DNA of 64,000 bases from Candidatus Bathyarchaeota archaeon (GCA_963782525.1 CAWAKC010000001.1:32001-96000), one strand, 5' to 3'. Positions 1 to 10,539 are shown, counted from the stretch's first letter. Notes: a model not told the origin generated them from the letters alone. Numbers and translations: made by a program.

Positions 1-2
1 AG

Positions 3-1283
3 TTCCTCGAGAAACTTCATAATGAAACAGGTCTCAACGTGAATGTTATTTCGGGACAGGAAGAAGCCCGCTTGATTTGCGTAGGCGTGTCAAGCGGAGT
101 TGATATTGGCGAAGAGAAAGCTATTTTCATCGATTTAGGTGGAGGCAGCACGGAAATTGCCATCGGCAATCAGCACGAATGTTTCTCCGTTGACAGTCTT
201 AGGCTGGGGGCAATCAGATTAACAGCCAAGTTTATCGGCGAAGGTTGGACTGGTCCAATTGATAATAGTGTTTACAAGCGGATAAAACAATACGCCGAAG
301 ACAAAGTTCGTCCATTAAAACCGAAAATTCAAGAGTACGGTGCCCGACGAGCATGGGGATCATCAGGCACAATAATTAACCTAGCGGAAGTTGCGAACAA
401 ACTTTTCAAGAAAAATGGGAATGGCGGTGCTCTTACGCTGACAAGGAGGAATCTGAAAAAGCTGGCACCGATTCTCTATTCGCTTCCACTTGAAGAAAGA
501 AAAAAGCTTCCTGCCTTAAACCCCGATCGAGCTGACATTATAATTGCGGGTGCAGCCACGATTGAGGTAATTATGGAAGAGTTCGGCCTCGAGGAAATCC
601 GTGTTAGCCATAGAGAGCTTCGAGATGGATTACTTGTCGAGTACTTGTCGAATTTTGAGGGTTTCCGAGAACTACAAAAGACACCCATGAGAAACAGGAG
701 CATTTTGCATTTGGGCAGGTCATGCAATTTTGATGAGAAACATTCAGAAACCGTAGCAACTTTGGCTTTGATGCTATTTGACAGCGCAAAACAAATTGGG
801 CTACATAACCTCGGCGAGACAGAGAAAGAACTCTTGAAATACGCAGCAACCTTGCATGATGTCGGTGATTTTCTCTCATTTAATGATCACCAACTTCACT
901 CACACTATATCATCTGCAATGCTGAACTTCTCGGTTTTGACAAAAAAGAAATTCAAATAATGGCAAATATAGCGCGTTTTCATAGGAAAAAATTGCCTTC
1001 TAAAAAAGCTCTGAAGAATACAGGATTAGACGAAAAAACTAATCAGGCCATCGCAGTTCTTTCCACGTTTCTTCGGTTCGCAGAAAAGCTTGATCGAAGT
1101 CACTGTTTCCTAGTAAAGAAGGCGGAATTTATTAAAAGCAGCAAAGAACAGGTACTGCTCTCATTTTATTCTGACTCAGATTGCAGCTTAGAAGAATGGA
1201 GCATCATTCAGAATCGGCAAGCATTCTATGAAGCCTTCGGAAAAGAGCTAAATGCCCATTGCACAGTGACACCTATCGCATAA
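3..1283 (+). CDS. ppx: Ppx/GppA exopolyphosphatase with C-terminal HD-like domain (5' truncated by window edge)
   Basis: ISGQEEARL, DLGGGSTE, GSSGT, RADII, LRDG and LHDVG motifs; frame is open back to the window start (FLEKLHNETGLNV). Confidence 0.93.
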   Translation, partial: FLEKLHNETGLNVNVISGQEEARLICVGVSSGVDIGEEKAIFIDLGGGSTEIAIGNQHECFSVDSLRLGAIRLTAKFIGEGWTGPIDNSVYKRIKQYAEDKVRPLKPKIQEYGARRAWGSSGTIINLAEVANKLFKKNGNGGALTLTRRNLKKLAPILYSLPLEERKKLPALNPDRADIIIAGAATIEVIMEEFGLEEIRVSHRELRDGLLVEYLSNFEGFRELQKTPMRNRSILHLGRSCNFDEKHSETVATLALMLFDSAKQIGLHNLGETEKELLKYAATLHDVGDFLSFNDHQLHSHYIICNAELLGFDKKEIQIMANIARFHRKKLPSKKALKNTGLDEKTNQAIAVLSTFLRFAEKLDRSHCFLVKKAEFIKSSKEQVLLSFYSDSDCSLEEWSIIQNRQAFYEAFGKELNAHCTVTPIA

Positions 1284-1300
1284 TCAGAATTTGGAAGCGC

Positions 1301-2203
1301 TTATTCCTTTTCAAGTTCAGTCTTTGCTTTTTCCAAAGCTTCACATTGCTCTTTACTCAAAACAGGATATTTTAAATCCAACTTTTTAATTTGCGAAAGG
1401 ATAATGTCAGAAATCGATGCATGTGTAACCCATTTCTTGTCTGCAGGTATAATATACCAAGGTGCCCATTCGGTGCTTGTTTTGTTAAGCATATCCTCGT
1501 ACGCCGCCATGTAATCAGCCCATTTTGAACGTTCTGAAAGGTCTGTGAGCGAAAATTTCCATTCTTTATCTGGATTTTCAAGGCGTTTAAGCAAACGCTG
1601 TTTTTGCCTCTCCTTTGAAACATTAAGGAAGAATTTCAGCACTACCGTGCCGTTCCGAACCAGATGACGTTCAAAGAGATTTATGTCCTCGTACCGCTGA
1701 TTCCAGAAAAGTTTCCCTCCCTCGTCAGAAGGCAACTTCTGTTTTTCAAGAACTTCAGGTCGAACTTTAACTATCAACACATCCTCGTAGTAGGAACGAT
1801 TAAAAATTCCTATGCGCCCCCGTTCTGGAAGAGCTTTTTCGTGCCGCCACAGGAAATCGTGGTTTAGTTCCTCTTCGGTTGGAGTTTTGAAGCCTGTAAC
1901 TTGGCAGCCTTGCGGGTTAATGCCGGACATTACATGTCTGATTGTGCTATCTTTGCCTGCAGCATCCATCCCTTGAAGAATAATTAACATTGAATAGGTG
2001 CCGCTTGCCCAAAAAAGCTCCTGCATCTGAACCAATTGTTTTCTGTTTGTGTCAAGAATAGCTTGAGCTTGTTCTTTGACGCTTTTTTTGCCTTCTTTTT
2101 CTTCTTGTTTCTTAGCCCATTTTGGAACCCAACCTGAATCAAAAGAGTCCAAACTGACCGTTTTTCCGGCAGGCACTTTGAAGTTTACCGCATCAATCGA
2201 CAT
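1301..2203 (-). CDS. ppk2: Polyphosphate kinase 2 family protein (class III-like)
   Basis: LQGMDAAGKDS Walker A, FNRSYYED, KFFLNVSK, APWYIIPADKK; ATG at 2203 preferred to TTG at 2218. Confidence 0.92.
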   Translation of the reverse strand: MSIDAVNFKVPAGKTVSLDSFDSGWVPKWAKKQEEKEGKKSVKEQAQAILDTNRKQLVQMQELFWASGTYSMLIILQGMDAAGKDSTIRHVMSGINPQGCQVTGFKTPTEEELNHDFLWRHEKALPERGRIGIFNRSYYEDVLIVKVRPEVLEKQKLPSDEGGKLFWNQRYEDINLFERHLVRNGTVVLKFFLNVSKERQKQRLLKRLENPDKEWKFSLTDLSERSKWADYMAAYEDMLNKTSTEWAPWYIIPADKKWVTHASISDIILSQIKKLDLKYPVLSKEQCEALEKAKTELEKE

Positions 2204-2309
2204 ACAAAACCGTCTCAAAGAGATTAAGTTATGGCGCCTAATATTAGCTGTGGCATAGGCAAAATGAGACTAAGTCTCTAAAGTTCGGAAATTGCTTTGA
2301 GTTGTTGGG

Positions 2310-2954
2310 TTAGCCTAAGTTTACTTTTTCACCTGTCACTATGTACACGATTGATTCGCAAATGTAGACTGCGTGGTCAGCAATACGCTCTAAATACCTA
2401 GTCATTAAAGCGCTCGATAAAACGCATTTACTATTGGCTTGCTCTCCTTTGATTAGCTTGTGAAGGTAATCAAAGTACATTTTGTCGACCTCGCGTTCAG
2501 TTTCTGAAACCGTTTTGGCAAGGATAATGTCCTGTTTTTTTAGGGCGTCTATGCTTATTTTAACCATTGAGAGGACTTTTTCGCTCATCTCGTCAATGTA
2601 GTCGCTTGTCCAAGTTTCACATTCTTTTAACCCATTCAATTGGTCGCTGATGAATGATATGTCAAGGGCATATCTGCCGTATCTTGCAAAGTCGTTGCCT
2701 ATTTTCATATAGGATTTGATAATTCTGAGGTCTGTGGCGACGGGTTGGAAGCGGGCAATTAACTGGAAAGTTTGGTCTTCAACTTTATCAGCCATTGAAA
2801 GGAGCATGTCTGAAAGTTCTCTGACTTGTTCTTGAACACTTTTGCCTTCGAGGTAGCCATGTATTGAAAAGGCAAGGGTTTCGTAGGTTAACTCGCCCAT
2901 CCTAACAATTAGCACTGATTGTTCTTCTAACCCGCGGTCAATTATTCTGCTCAT
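2310..2954 (-). CDS. phoU: Phosphate transport accessory protein PhoU
   Basis: ARFQPVATDLR and YLERIADHA repeats; directly downstream of pstB. Confidence 0.92.
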   Translation of the reverse strand: MSRIIDRGLEEQSVLIVRMGELTYETLAFSIHGYLEGKSVQEQVRELSDMLLSMADKVEDQTFQLIARFQPVATDLRIIKSYMKIGNDFARYGRYALDISFISDQLNGLKECETWTSDYIDEMSEKVLSMVKISIDALKKQDIILAKTVSETEREVDKMYFDYLHKLIKGEQANSKCVLSSALMTRYLERIADHAVYICESIVYIVTGEKVNLG

Positions 2955-2965
2955 TCTAAGCTCTC

Positions 2966-3763
2966 CTATCCGAATTCTCCTGTTATGTATTTTTCCGTTA
3001 ATGGATTTTTGGGAGATTCAAAAATGTCTCTGGTTGGTCCAAACTCAATCAGTGAGCCAAGGTACATAAAAGCTGTAAAATCGGATACACGCGATGCCTG
3101 CTGCATGTTATGGGTTACGATGACAACTGTATAATTGCGTTTAAGCTCAACTACCAACCGCTCAATCTTAGCAGTAGCAATCGGGTCCAAAGCTGAACAA
3201 GGTTCATCCATCAAGATGACCTCAGGCTGCAACGCGATAGCTCTTGCAATGCATAGACGCTGTTGCTGTCCCCCAGAAATGCTGGTCCCTGGCTTTTTCA
3301 ACTCATCTTTGACCTCATCCCAAAGGGTTGCTTGCTCTAAACTTCGCTTGACTACTTCGTCGAGATTTTTGCCCTTCTTTGTTCCCGTTAACTTTAAACC
3401 AGCAGCTACATTGTCATAGATGGACATTGTTGGGAATGGATTGGGTTTCTGGAAAACCATGCCAACTCTTCGGCGAACCTGTACGGAGTCAACCTGTTTG
3501 TCGTAGATGTTTTGTCCATCCAAAAGAATTTGCCCAGTCATTTTGGCGTTTGGAGTGAGCTCGTGCATTCGGTTTAGACAACGGATGAAAGTGGATTTGC
3601 CGCATCCTGAAGGGCCTATTATGGCGGTTACCGAGTTAGCTTTTATGTTTATGTTTACGTCTTTTAATGCTTGCTTGGGACCGAACCAAGCGTTCAAGTC
3701 TATACTCTGCATTTTCATTTTTGTGTCAACGACTTTTTCTTGAGAATTAATTGTGCTTGTCAT
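2966..3763 (-). CDS. pstB: Phosphate ABC transporter ATPase
   Basis: [51 protein letters not shown]. Confidence 0.97.
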   Translation of the reverse strand: MTSTINSQEKVVDTKMKMQSIDLNAWFGPKQALKDVNINIKANSVTAIIGPSGCGKSTFIRCLNRMHELTPNAKMTGQILLDGQNIYDKQVDSVQVRRRVGMVFQKPNPFPTMSIYDNVAAGLKLTGTKKGKNLDEVVKRSLEQATLWDEVKDELKKPGTSISGGQQQRLCIARAIALQPEVILMDEPCSALDPIATAKIERLVVELKRNYTVVIVTHNMQQASRVSDFTAFMYLGSLIEFGPTRDIFESPKNPLTEKYITGEFG

Positions 3764-4590
3764 CTTTTGTTTCTACCTCTAGTTGCTAATCTAACGATTA
3801 TGTTAAGGCTTAACACCATCAAAATTAAGATAAGCGCTGCGCCCCAACCCTGTGCCTGCAAGTTGGCTTGTGGCTGTAGGGAATCGCGCCAGATTTCAAG
3901 GGGCAGGGCAGCCATGGGTTGGTTTAAGCCTTGGAAAAAGTACCTGTTACCCAAAATAGTCATTATTAATGGTGCGGTTTCTCCGGCAATTCGGGCAACA
4001 GCAAGAAGTGTACCCGTCAACAGTCCTGCTTTGGCTGTGGGTAACACGACGCTTAGGGTTGTTCGCCATTTGTGTGCGCCCAGCGCTAATGAGGCTTCTC
4101 GGACACTGTTTGGAACGAGTTTTAGGGATTCTTCAGTTGTTCGGGCCACGATTGGGATGAGGATGAAAGATAATGCGATGGCGCCGGCAATGGCCGAGTA
4201 ATGACCGATTAACCCAATTACGATTACACCATAGGCGGTTATGCCGACGACGATGGAGGGAAACTCGGTTAAGACGTCGTTGATTGAGCGCATAGCGGTT
4301 GCATACTTGTTGTTCCCGAACTCTGCAAGGTAAACGCCAGAGAGTATGCCCACGGGGATACCGATGACGCTAGTTAATCCAATCAAGATAAGGGTACCCT
4401 GTATTGCTGGTCCGATGCCTCCTGCGGAATTGTTGTTTAGCAGAAAGCCAAGGCTCAGTACAGGTGCGCCCCTTACAATGACTTCCCAAAGGATGCTAAT
4501 CAGAGGCGTAACCGCTATTATTACGCAAGCTGCACAGAGAATGAAGAAAAGGCGGTTCTTAAATTTCCTAAAAGCGTAATTGGAGATTAT
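3760..4590 (-). CDS. pstA: Phosphate ABC transporter permease PstA (probable ATA start overlapping the pstC stop)
   Basis: [25 protein letters not shown]; frame stays open 68 codons upstream of the called TTG, encoding the first TM helix and [10 protein letters not shown]. Confidence 0.9.
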   Translation of the reverse strand: MISNYAFRKFKNRLFFILCAACVIIAVTPLISILWEVIVRGAPVLSLGFLLNNNSAGGIGPAIQGTLILIGLTSVIGIPVGILSGVYLAEFGNNKYATAMRSINDVLTEFPSIVVGITAYGVIVIGLIGHYSAIAGAIALSFILIPIVARTTEESLKLVPNSVREASLALGAHKWRTTLSVVLPTAKAGLLTGTLLAVARIAGETAPLIMTILGNRYFFQGLNQPMAALPLEIWRDSLQPQANLQAQGWGAALILILMVLSLNIIVRLATRGRNKR

Positions 4591-5576
4591 TCGATTGCGC
4601 CTCCTTTAACCTTCAAAACTCGATGAACCATAATGCCTGCGCCAATGTTGATAAGTAAACTGATTATGAGCAAAATTAAGCCGACGCCAATGTAAGCCGA
4701 AACCTGCAAAGAACCTGTGGCTTCCAAAAACCCGTTAGCGATTAGTGAAGCCATGGTTTGACCCGGACGAAAAAGCGATGTCGGCATAGCCGCTGGTCCC
4801 GTGGCGTTGCCAATAAGCATAGAAACCGCCATCGTTTCACCGACAGATCTACCTAAGCCTAAGATGACAGCACCAAAGATGCCAGAACGACCGTAACTGA
4901 TAACCCAATGACGTATGGTCTCCCATTTGGTGGCTCCGATGCTGTAAGCGCCTTCACGGATGCTGTTGGGAACTGCGCTTATGACTTCTTTTGAGATAGA
5001 TGCAACTGTTGGAATTATCATGATTGCCAAGATTATTCCTGCAGTAAAAATATCCAAGCCAAAGGGTGTTCCACTGAAAATTGGAATCCAACCAAGGTAT
5101 GTAGAAATTGGTTTTTCTATATAGTCAAGAATCCAATAGCGGAAGATAAACAAGCCCCAGAGCCCATAAATTACGCTTGGGACAGCAGCCAATAGCTCAA
5201 CTAAGTATCCGATTGGCACTCTTAGCGTTCTAGGAGACATTTCAACAAGAAATATCGCTATACCTAAACTCAAGGGTACACCTATTAAGAGTGCAATGCC
5301 TGAGGTAACAAGTGTACCCATCACGTATGGGAGTGCACCATAGATTTCTCTGCCTTCAACTGGGTTCCAAGCGCTGCCAAAGAAAAAGTTTGCTCCAAAC
5401 TTTTGCACCACCGGCACGGATCCAGTTACAAGAACGTAACCTGTTACCATTAAGATAACAACTGCTGAAGCCGCTATGATTGCGGCTAAATTCTGGAAAA
5501 TGAAGTCGCCTGTTAATTTTGATTTAATTTTAGTAAAAAACTTTTGGGGGTGGGGCTGATTCAGAGCGTTATCCAC
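4587..5576 (-). CDS. pstC: Phosphate ABC transporter permease PstC
   Basis: ELLAAVPSVIYGLWG, LAIMIIPT, LGLGRSVGETMAV. Confidence 0.96.
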   Translation of the reverse strand: MDNALNQPHPQKFFTKIKSKLTGDFIFQNLAAIIAASAVVILMVTGYVLVTGSVPVVQKFGANFFFGSAWNPVEGREIYGALPYVMGTLVTSGIALLIGVPLSLGIAIFLVEMSPRTLRVPIGYLVELLAAVPSVIYGLWGLFIFRYWILDYIEKPISTYLGWIPIFSGTPFGLDIFTAGIILAIMIIPTVASISKEVISAVPNSIREGAYSIGATKWETIRHWVISYGRSGIFGAVILGLGRSVGETMAVSMLIGNATGPAAMPTSLFRPGQTMASLIANGFLEATGSLQVSAYIGVGLILLIISLLINIGAGIMVHRVLKVKGGAIE

Positions 5577-5577
5577 C

Positions 5578-6696
5578 TTATGTTGTTGGGAGGTGTTGTC
5601 CGTTGAATGTTATGGATTGTATGGTTGTTTCGTCGATTTGCACTACGTTTGAGGGTAACTTTGCATAGGAAAGTCCTGGTGCCAAGTTTTGACCATCGTG
5701 GACGACGTACCAGAGGAATTGGACGAGTGCTGTGGCTTTTTCATTTGTCATGTCAGAAAGCACGTTGAGTTCCTTGTATACAATAAGGTAAGTAAAGCTG
5801 ACGATGGGGTATGCGTTTGCGTCTGGAGCGTTAAGGAGACTTACGCTTGTCCAACTTGCGTTGCCTGCGTGGCAAGCCGTTGATGCGCCTGACTGCACGG
5901 CTAATTGCGTTGAATCAAGACTGGGCAAAACCCAGTTTCCAGAGGGATTTTGGACCGCAGCTACAGTCATGTTGTTCTCGAGTGTATAAGCTAATTCGAC
6001 ATAGCCGATAGAATATTGATTCCCCTGCACTGATGAAGCAACACCGGTATTGCCGCTTGAACCTATTCCAACTGGCCATGACACTGATTTACCCTGTCCA
6101 ACCGAGCTGTTCCAAGACGTGCTTGATGCACTAAGGTAGCTGGTAAAGATAAAAGTCGTTCCTGAACCATCAGAACGGTGAACAGAGTTAATTCCCTGTG
6201 CTGGAAGAGTAGTATTTGGATTTAGGTTTTGGATTGCGGGGTCATTCCACATTGTTATTTTGCCTTGGAAAATGTCTGCGATTATTGGACCAGTTAAATG
6301 GAGACCAGAAGATACGCCTGGCAAATTATAAGCAATTGTAACTGCACCGATAGTTTCAGGAATATGCAACGCATTGGGCACATTAGCTGCATCAGCGGAT
6401 GTAAGAGGAGCATCGGAGGCTGCAAAATCCACAGTCGCTTGCGACAACTTGTAAGCAGATATTCCACCACCGCTACCGATTGGTTGATAATTTACTTGAA
6501 CGTTGGGCTTCACGTTTGCTGTGTAGTTCGTTATCATCGAGTTAAGGAGAGGGTAGGGAAATGTTGCCCCCGCGCCCTGCAAAGTTATCGATGAAGATGA
6601 AGACGAGGGTCCTGAGAGGGAAATGTACGCCACAACTGACCCGAGAATAATTGCGATTGCCACTATTGCTATCACTACGGCATATTTAGTGTTCAT
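5578..6696 (-). CDS. pstS: Phosphate-binding protein PstS (copy 1, N-terminal membrane anchor)
   Basis: GAGATFPYP, GSGGGI, DFAASDAPL, HRSDGSGTT, IGYVE, YPI; ATG at 6696 (MNTKYAVV) avoids overlap with the divergent gene. Confidence 0.95.
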   Translation of the reverse strand: MNTKYAVVIAIVAIAIILGSVVAYISLSGPSSSSSSITLQGAGATFPYPLLNSMITNYTANVKPNVQVNYQPIGSGGGISAYKLSQATVDFAASDAPLTSADAANVPNALHIPETIGAVTIAYNLPGVSSGLHLTGPIIADIFQGKITMWNDPAIQNLNPNTTLPAQGINSVHRSDGSGTTFIFTSYLSASSTSWNSSVGQGKSVSWPVGIGSSGNTGVASSVQGNQYSIGYVELAYTLENNMTVAAVQNPSGNWVLPSLDSTQLAVQSGASTACHAGNASWTSVSLLNAPDANAYPIVSFTYLIVYKELNVLSDMTNEKATALVQFLWYVVHDGQNLAPGLSYAKLPSNVVQIDETTIQSITFNGQHLPTT

Positions 6697-6720
6697 ATTT
6701 TTTATCCTCGTTTTTGTATA

Positions 6721-6792
6721 ACTAACTAATGTACAGTGGTTATATAGTAAATCTCCATAAAATTTATAGACTATATAGAGATACCTAATATA
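6721..6792. promoter_or_regulatory. Divergent pstS/phoU promoter with repeated TATAG boxes (candidate phosphate boxes)
   Basis: TATAG with ATAG at 6744, 6766 and 6775 in AT-rich intergenic DNA; the same motif recurs at 9401-9433 and 9770-9800. Confidence 0.45.
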
Positions 6793-7878
6793 ATGACAAC
6801 CCATAAAAAGAGTTACTTGGAGTCAAGCGTGTCAAAAGAACCAGAAAAAGTAAGCGAAGAGCAACGTAAACTTCAGGTAACCGGCGGCTCAACATTCATA
6901 CTTTCCTTACCTAAAGATTGGGCAACCAAAAATGAACTCAAACGCGGAAGTGCAATGATTGTCCGCGAAGAAGAGAACGGCTCACTATCGATCGCCCCGT
7001 CAAGTTTTCCCAAACAAGAAAAACAAGACGAAGCATTCATCAAAGCATCAATAAACGATAATCCTGATGCAGTCATGAGAACAGCAATATCCGCCTATTT
7101 GAGCGGCTTCAACGTTCTCCACATCAGAGCACAAGGACAAAAAGTGCTTTCCTCAAAACTTAGAAACCACCTCAAAAGCTTTGCCAGAAACTACTTAGTC
7201 GGAACAGAAATCGTAATCGACACTCCAGCCGAATTAACCCTACAGGTCTTACTAAACTATCCTGAACTTACCGTTCAAAACGCATTAAGCAGGATGGGAA
7301 TAATCGCTTCATCCATGCATAAAGAAGCCATCGCAGCACTAAAAAAACTCGATTATCCCAGTGCTAAAGCTGTAATAGAAACTGACCGTGAAGTAAACCG
7401 CTTCAGCCTCTACATTGTAAGGCTTCTGAAATTGGCTGTTTCAAACCAGAGAGTCGTCAAAGAAATCGGTTTAACTAACCAAAAAGAATGCCTAGGCTAC
7501 CGACTCATAACAAAAGCCGTTGAAAGAACCGCTGATCACGCAACAAAAATGGCAGAAAATACCCTGCAACTAAAAGAACCCGTAAATGAAGACCTTTTAG
7601 AAAAGATAAGCGAGCTGAGCGGTTTAGCTATTTCAATGTTTGAAAGTTCCATGGAAGCGTTATTTAAGCACGATTTTAACTTGGCTGAAAGCGTGATCGA
7701 AAAACTAAGCCAAATTCATAAGGTTGAGAAGGAAGCTGTTTTGTGTTCGCAGACGGCTAAGGTTGAAGAAATCGTTAACTTGAGACTGCTGATTGAGAGC
7801 GTTAGACGAACCGCAGAATATGCCAGCGACATTTCAGAAGTTGTTTTAAACTTGAATGTCGAATCGGTCCTGAGTTAA
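6793..7878 (+). CDS. Archaeal phosphate uptake regulator (AbrB-like N-domain plus two PhoU domains)
   Basis: RKLQVTGGSTFILSLPKDW AbrB-type start; VERTADHA and VRRTAEYA PhoU motifs. Confidence 0.9.
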   Translation: MTTHKKSYLESSVSKEPEKVSEEQRKLQVTGGSTFILSLPKDWATKNELKRGSAMIVREEENGSLSIAPSSFPKQEKQDEAFIKASINDNPDAVMRTAISAYLSGFNVLHIRAQGQKVLSSKLRNHLKSFARNYLVGTEIVIDTPAELTLQVLLNYPELTVQNALSRMGIIASSMHKEAIAALKKLDYPSAKAVIETDREVNRFSLYIVRLLKLAVSNQRVVKEIGLTNQKECLGYRLITKAVERTADHATKMAENTLQLKEPVNEDLLEKISELSGLAISMFESSMEALFKHDFNLAESVIEKLSQIHKVEKEAVLCSQTAKVEEIVNLRLLIESVRRTAEYASDISEVVLNLNVESVLS

Positions 7879-8063
7879 CCTAAGATTTTTTTCTTTTGTC
7901 AACTTTTTGCTTTTGAATTCAAAAAAATGCTCGTACGGACCTCCCTCGATAGCGGTACGGCAATAATTGGAAATATGTCCTAAAGAAACTTGATTCAAGG
8001 AACTTAATGATGAAAAACGCAAAATTTTTTTGTTGCAGAAAAATAAAAAGTGGGGTAGATTGT

Positions 8064-9332
8064 TTAGGTTGTTGGCAATGTTTGCCCGTTGAAGGTTATT
8101 GATTGAATGGTTGCTTCATCGATTGTTACGACGTTTGCTGGTAGCTGTGCGTATGCTTGTGCTGGTGCTTGGTCTTGGCCGCCGTGTACCATGTACCATA
8201 GGAATTGTACTAGTCCTGTAGCGTCACTTTGAGTCATGCCTGGAATCACATTGAGTTCTTTGTAAACAATTGTGTAGCTGAAGCTAACTATTGGGTAAGC
8301 GGTTGCTTCTGGTGCGTTGAGTATGTTTACGTTTGACCAGCTTGCGCTTCCTGCTGGTAACCCTGCTGAAGCGACTGATTGACCGGCAACTGTTGTTGAT
8401 TGTAGGGAGGGCAAGATGAAGTTTCCTGAGGGGTTCTGTACTGCTGCAACTGTCATGCTGTTTTGCAATGCATATGCCAATTCAACGTAGCCTATTGCAT
8501 ATGGTTGTCCGTGAACTAATGACGCAACGCCTGTGTTACCGTTGGAACCAAGCCCTGTTGGCCATGAAACTGCTTTGCCTTGACCAACTGAGGTGTTCCA
8601 GGCTGAACTTGAGAGGCTAAGGTATCCAGTGAAAACAAATGATGTTCCTGAGCTGTCTGAGCGGTGAACTACCACTATGGATTTTGCTGGAAGAGTCACG
8701 TTAGAATTTAAGGCTGCAATTGCTGGGTCATTCCATACTGTTATGGTGCCTTGGTATATGTCTGCGATGATTTTGCCTGTTAAGTGAAGGCCTGAAGCGA
8801 TTCCTGGTAGGTTGTATGCGATGGTTACTGAGCCGATGGTTTCTGGAATATGCAGTGCGTTGGGTATGTTTGCCGCGTCAGTTGCGCTTAAGGGTGCATC
8901 TGAGCATCCGAAGTCAACTGTTTTTTGGGTTAGCGCTGAGATTCCGCCGCCGCTGCCGATGGATTGGTAGTTTACTTGTACGTTCGGTTTTGCATGTGTG
9001 TAATTGATTATCATGGCGTTAAGTAATGGGTATGGGAATGTTGCTCCTGCACCAGTCAAAGATACTGGCGCTGGGGTTGGGGTTGGACTGGGCGATGCTG
9101 TTGGTCCCGCTGGGGGAGTTGGGGAAGCTGTCGGGTGAGTGGTTGGGCTTGTGGTAGGTGCTAGTGTTGGTACAGAAGTTGGGCTAGCCGTTGGCGCGGT
9201 AGTGGGTGCTGGGGTTGGCGTTGGTGTGGGCTGTGTGCCTGTATTTGAACCTAAATAAGTGTAAGCTGCTACTGAGCCAATTATTATGGCGATTACAACT
9301 ATTGCTATTGCGATTGAATATGTTGCTTTCAT
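8064..9332 (-). CDS. pstS: Phosphate-binding protein PstS (copy 2, long Pro/Thr linker)
   Basis: Same motifs as copy 1 (GAGATFPYP, RSDSSGTS, IGYVE); C-termini nearly identical; ~55-aa PT-rich stalk. Confidence 0.94.
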   Translation of the reverse strand: MKATYSIAIAIVVIAIIIGSVAAYTYLGSNTGTQPTPTPTPAPTTAPTASPTSVPTLAPTTSPTTHPTASPTPPAGPTASPSPTPTPAPVSLTGAGATFPYPLLNAMIINYTHAKPNVQVNYQSIGSGGGISALTQKTVDFGCSDAPLSATDAANIPNALHIPETIGSVTIAYNLPGIASGLHLTGKIIADIYQGTITVWNDPAIAALNSNVTLPAKSIVVVHRSDSSGTSFVFTGYLSLSSSAWNTSVGQGKAVSWPTGLGSNGNTGVASLVHGQPYAIGYVELAYALQNSMTVAAVQNPSGNFILPSLQSTTVAGQSVASAGLPAGSASWSNVNILNAPEATAYPIVSFSYTIVYKELNVIPGMTQSDATGLVQFLWYMVHGGQDQAPAQAYAQLPANVVTIDEATIQSITFNGQTLPTT

Positions 9333-9546
9333 ATTTTTTCCCGTTTGTACTTATAGAAAACTGGGTAATATGGTCGCCCAACATAGATTACAAAAGCAAT
9401 ATAGTGCACAATAGTTTAATATAGAATAAATAGAAAAGTGGAATTGATGAATCAAAACAAACACAAATTATAAATTTATAATAAATATAAAAAAAAAACA
9501 AAAAAGCTCTTTCAGTTTTAGGGACCAAGCAGTTTATGCTGCCAAA

Positions 9547-9732
9547 TCATTGAAACGCTGGAATAAAACAAACAACTTCAGGACTCTGATTTATACTGGC
9601 ATTGTCAATTAAGTGTGCTGTACCATCTGGACAGTAGACTTTGTCGCCTTTTTGGGCTTTTTGGTAGCGTTTGTTGCATTCTTTAAGTTTAGAGCAGCCA
9701 TCACAATCTCGCGATAACATTCTTCTATTCAC
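9547..9732 (-). CDS. Small Cys-rich protein (CxxC-x5-C...CPDGxxH), putative metal binder
   Basis: Cys pattern CDGCSKLKEC...YCPDGTAH; GGAG upstream of the GTG start. Confidence 0.55.
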   Translation of the reverse strand: MNRRMLSRDCDGCSKLKECNKRYQKAQKGDKVYCPDGTAHLIDNASINQSPEVVCFIPAFQ

Positions 9733-9882
9733 TTCTCCACTTATTCAACATTAACGTAGGCAATCGTACCTATAGAGATGTCCGCTATAATCTATATAGA
9801 AAAAATAGGTTAGGTACTGAAAAACAGCTAAAATGCACGGGAACCTTTAAGAAACCAGCAAAACACTCAACAAAAGACACAA

Positions 9883-10539
9883 ATGAACCAGAAAAGGTGG
9901 AAAGCAAAGGGCATTTTCCTAGATTTAGACGGTACAATCGTAGACTCCACAGGTGCCTACCTCGAAGCCGCCAGAATCGCTTTCCAAGTCATCGAAAAAA
10001 ACCCACCTGAGAAAGAAAGCCTACTTGAAATTCCCAGAAGAATCGAGCAGCGCCTTACAATCGACGACTTAACTGGAGGAAACTCAAAAGAGTTTATGTC
10101 GGTCTATTTGAAGGCGTACTATTCTGTTACTGAAGCACAAACAAAGCTTATACCTAACGTTTCCGAAGCACTGCAAACATTGTCAACAAGGGCTAAGCTG
10201 GCGTTGATAACCATGCGGCATTGCCCAAATCAAGTCATTCAAAAAGAACTTGACTACTTGGGCATTGCCAAATACTTCACCCACATCGTAACCGCAATGG
10301 ACACCACTAAACCTAAGCCATCACCTGAGGCTTTAATCAGATGCATTGAAGCTTTGGATCTTGAAATGTGCGATTGCATCATCGCGGGTGACTCAGTTAA
10401 TGATGTGCGTGCGGGAAAAGCTGCTGGTGCAAGGACAGTTGCAGTGCTTTCGGGACTGTATAAACGTGATGAACTTGCCAGAGAATGCCCAGATTTGATA
10501 TTGCCCGATGTTACTTTGCTTCCAGAGTTCATGGAGTAA
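9883..10539 (+). CDS. HAD-superfamily hydrolase (phosphoglycolate phosphatase-like)
   Basis: DLDGTIVD motif I, KPKPSP, GDSVNDVRAGKAAG. Confidence 0.9.
   Translation: MNQKRWKAKGIFLDLDGTIVDSTGAYLEAARIAFQVIEKNPPEKESLLEIPRRIEQRLTIDDLTGGNSKEFMSVYLKAYYSVTEAQTKLIPNVSEALQTLSTRAKLALITMRHCPNQVIQKELDYLGIAKYFTHIVTAMDTTKPKPSPEALIRCIEALDLEMCDCIIAGDSVNDVRAGKAAGARTVAVLSGLYKRDELARECPDLILPDVTLLPEFME

Noticed and set aside
3135-6594. Plus-strand ORFs inside the pst operon, and similar antisense ORFs elsewhere
   Set aside because: Shadow frames of well-supported genes
9060-9240. Tandem repeat in pstS copy 2
   Set aside because: Protein-level PT linker with degenerate codons, not a DNA repeat element
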